Positions 62,115-64,000 of a stretch of 64,000 nt of DNA are shown here, piece by piece. Each line of letters starts with the position of its first letter. Position 1 is the stretch's first letter. A program made the translations under genes and the position numbers. The stretch is from NCBI GenBank assembly GCA_902763185.1, contig CACWQT010000005.1:4248-68247 (forward strand), in the 5' to 3' direction. This DNA is from an uncultured Rhodospirillales bacterium. Its GTDB lineage: Bacteria > Pseudomonadota > Alphaproteobacteria > RF32 > CAG-239. The notes under the pieces were generated by a model. The model was not told the DNA's origin. It saw nothing but the letters and a program-made list of their open reading frames with translations, and ran no database searches.

Positions 62115-63518
62115 ATGCTGTTTTCATCAATGACTTTTGTATTTATGTTTTTACCGATTGTTTGCACGGCCTATTTATTGGCGCGCAAAGATTTACAAAA
62201 TCACATTTTGTTAGTAGCAAGTATTTTGTTTTATGCTTGGGGTGAACCGCGTTATTTGGCAATAATGATAATGACGATTCTCATCAACTATATCGGGGCT
62301 AATTATATCAGCCGCAGCAAAAATGCAATACACCGGAAATGGCTGTTGGGCATAACCATTGTTTTAGATTTAAGTTTTCTTTTTTATTTCAAATACTTTA
62401 ATTTCTTTATTGAGAACATCAATGAGCTATTTAAAACCAACATTGATTTTGTTAAAGTCATCATGCCGATCGGTATTTCTTTTTATACCTTCCAAGCTAT
62501 GAGCTATCTGATAGATGTTTACAGAGGTGATGTAAAAGTTCAAAAAGACATTTATAAGCTAGCGCTTTATATTTGCCTGTTCCCGCAGTTAATTGCCGGA
62601 CCTATTGTAAAGTATCATGATATAGATGAACAAATTACCAACCGCGAAACCGGTTTTGATAAAGTCAATTACGGAGTTAAACGTTTTATCATCGGTCTGG
62701 CCAAAAAAATGCTGATAGCCAATACATTAGGCGCCGTGGCAGATAAAATCTTTTCTCAATCGGTCGAAAATTTTGATGCCTTAACCGCATGGATTGGTGC
62801 TGCGGCTTATAGTTTGCAGTTATTCTATGACTTCTCCGGTTATTCGGATATGGCTATCGGCTTAGGTGCAATCTTTGGCTTTAAGTTCTTAGAGAACTTC
62901 AATTATCCCTATATATCAAAATCTATTACCGAGTTTTGGCGCCGTTGGCATATATCTCTTTCCACATGGTTTAAGGAGTATTTATATTTTCCTTTGGGCG
63001 GCAACCGGGTAACCAAATCGCGCAACTATTTTAATTTATTGGTGGTCTTTTTAGCCACCGGTTTTTGGCACGGCGCAAGTTGGAATTTCATCTTTTGGGG
63101 TTTATGGCACGGCTTGTTTATTGTAATAGAAAAAATTACCGGATGGCATAAAAAGACCGGCGGTTGGCTAATATCGTTAACCCAACACATCTATTGCATA
63201 TTTGCTTTTGTCATCGGCTGGGTGATGTTTAGAGCTGATAATATGCTTTATGCATGGCAATATATCAAGAACATGTTCGGTTTGATTAAAGAACATCATA
63301 TTGCCACTGAGTTAGGTTATTATATTGGTAACACTGAAATAATAACTTTCGCTGCGGCCATTATCTGCGCTATGCCGATATTTAATCGCATTTTGGAAAC
63401 ACCTAAGAACAAAATTTTACATACGATTCTCAATGTTTGGCTAATGGGGCTATTCTTCTTATCTGCAGTACAAATTGCCGCATCAACCTATAATCCGTTT
63501 ATCTACTTCAGATTTTAA
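62115..63518 (+). CDS. MBOAT-family membrane O-acyltransferase (AlgI/DltB/PatA-like)
   Basis: 'GISFYTFQAMSYLIDVYRG', 'LFPQLIAGPIV', 'FWRRWHISLSTWFKEYLYFPLGGNR' and 'GFWHGASWNFI'. Confidence 0.9.
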   Translation: MLFSSMTFVFMFLPIVCTAYLLARKDLQNHILLVASILFYAWGEPRYLAIMIMTILINYIGANYISRSKNAIHRKWLLGITIVLDLSFLFYFKYFNFFIENINELFKTNIDFVKVIMPIGISFYTFQAMSYLIDVYRGDVKVQKDIYKLALYICLFPQLIAGPIVKYHDIDEQITNRETGFDKVNYGVKRFIIGLAKKMLIANTLGAVADKIFSQSVENFDALTAWIGAAAYSLQLFYDFSGYSDMAIGLGAIFGFKFLENFNYPYISKSITEFWRRWHISLSTWFKEYLYFPLGGNRVTKSRNYFNLLVVFLATGFWHGASWNFIFWGLWHGLFIVIEKITGWHKKTGGWLISLTQHIYCIFAFVIGWVMFRADNMLYAWQYIKNMFGLIKEHHIATELGYYIGNTEIITFAAAIICAMPIFNRILETPKNKILHTILNVWLMGLFFLSAVQIAASTYNPFIYFRF

Positions 63519-63540
63519 TGTATGTAGTAAGAATTAAGTC

Positions 63541-64000
63541 TTAAATATCCAAATCCTCGGCGAATTTGGCACGCTCTATGATGAATTTAAATCTTTGCTC
63601 AGGGTCTTTACCCATCAAACGCTCTACCAGACGGCGTGTTTCAAACGCTTCATCGCGTCCTTCTTCGGTATTTGCCGTCGGCACCGTCACACGAAGTAAC
63701 ACACGATTATTCTTATCCATGGTCGTTTCTTTAAGTTGCTGCGCACTCATCTCTCCCAAACCCTTAAACCGACTGATTTCAGGATGCTGATTAGCTTTAG
63801 CCTTTTTAAGAATTTTATCTTTTTCCTCATCATCAAGCGCATAGTAATTCTTGCCCCCGAACACGATTTTATAAAGGGGAGGGGTGGCAATAAACAAATG
63901 CCCGTTCTCAATGAGTTTGGGCATATACTGATAGAAAAATGTCATCAAAAGTGAGGTGATATGCGCACCATCCACATCAGCATCGGTCATGATAATGATT
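63541..64000 (-). CDS. parE: Type IIA topoisomerase subunit B, C-terminal part (ParE more likely than GyrB); the 5' end lies outside the window
   Basis: '[13 protein letters not shown]' (Toprim motif), 'PPLYK', '[19 protein letters not shown]' and the ending '...[14 protein letters not shown]'. The short PPLY-to-GLGEM distance favours ParE. Confidence 0.75.
   Translation of the reverse strand, partial: IIIMTDADVDGAHITSLLMTFFYQYMPKLIENGHLFIATPPLYKIVFGGKNYYALDDEEKDKILKKAKANQHPEISRFKGLGEMSAQQLKETTMDKNNRVLLRVTVPTANTEEGRDEAFETRRLVERLMGKDPEQRFKFIIERAKFAEDLDI

Noticed and set aside
1-64000. Search for mobile elements, prophage, defence systems (RM, TA, CBASS, retron-like) or an obvious natural-product BGC
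   Set aside because: None of the translated ORFs shows transposase, integrase, recombinase, nuclease-helicase, methyltransferase, reverse-transcriptase, cyclase or PKS/NRPS signatures that I can recognise. The only mobility hints are the tRNA-Lys 3'-end duplicate and the single palindromic element.

Overview
This is a 64-kb chromosomal window from a low-GC genome (roughly 35-40% by eye) that uses the standard genetic code. Gene content (RNase D, MsbA-like exporter, MutY, Der, ParE) and the gene order nuoL/M/N-like, birA, RNase J suggest a reduced, probably anaerobic or host-associated alphaproteobacterium; this is inference, since no search was possible.

I support about 60 protein genes and 5 tRNAs: Thr-UGU, Lys-UUU, Asn-GUU, Cys-GCA and Gln-CUG. 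I saw no rRNA, no CRISPR array and no transposase, integrase or phage ORFs.

The housekeeping backbone is rnd (partial), alaS, metG, map, radC, apt, mnmA, rnj, birA, mutY, der, cspA, rpiB, glyA, nagB and parE (partial). Between these lie markedly AT-rich surface-glycan islands:
- a GT2-GT4 fusion gene;
- an RgpF-like gene;
- CgeB-like glycosyltransferases with an MFS transporter and a GT2_4/GT92-like gene;
- two paralogous GT-C membrane proteins with a TPR protein;
- an AlgJ-like/MBOAT pair.

Best candidates for something undescribed:
1. An operon at about 22.05-24.77 kb: sigma70-like promoter, 39-codon hydrophobic sORF, bipartite hairpin, 568-aa protein (588 aa in the track ORF) with a glutamine-synthetase-fold amidoligase module, then an overlapping N-formylglutamate-amidohydrolase-family hydrolase. 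A secreted His7/Tyr/Trp-rich protein follows. I read this as a possible amide-ligation writer/eraser module.
2. An orphan, strongly diverged nuoL/M/N-like trio that keeps the alphaproteobacterial nuoN-birA-rnj context but has no nuoA-K upstream.
3. A tandem duplication of an unknown gene together with its promoter, about 125-nt leader and terminator.
4. Several candidate structured RNAs or leaders, one long palindromic element, and a 15/16-nt duplication of the tRNA-Lys 3' end (att-like scar) next to a higher-GC PRAI-like gene.

All functional calls come from reading motifs in the supplied translations by eye. No database search or alignment was run.
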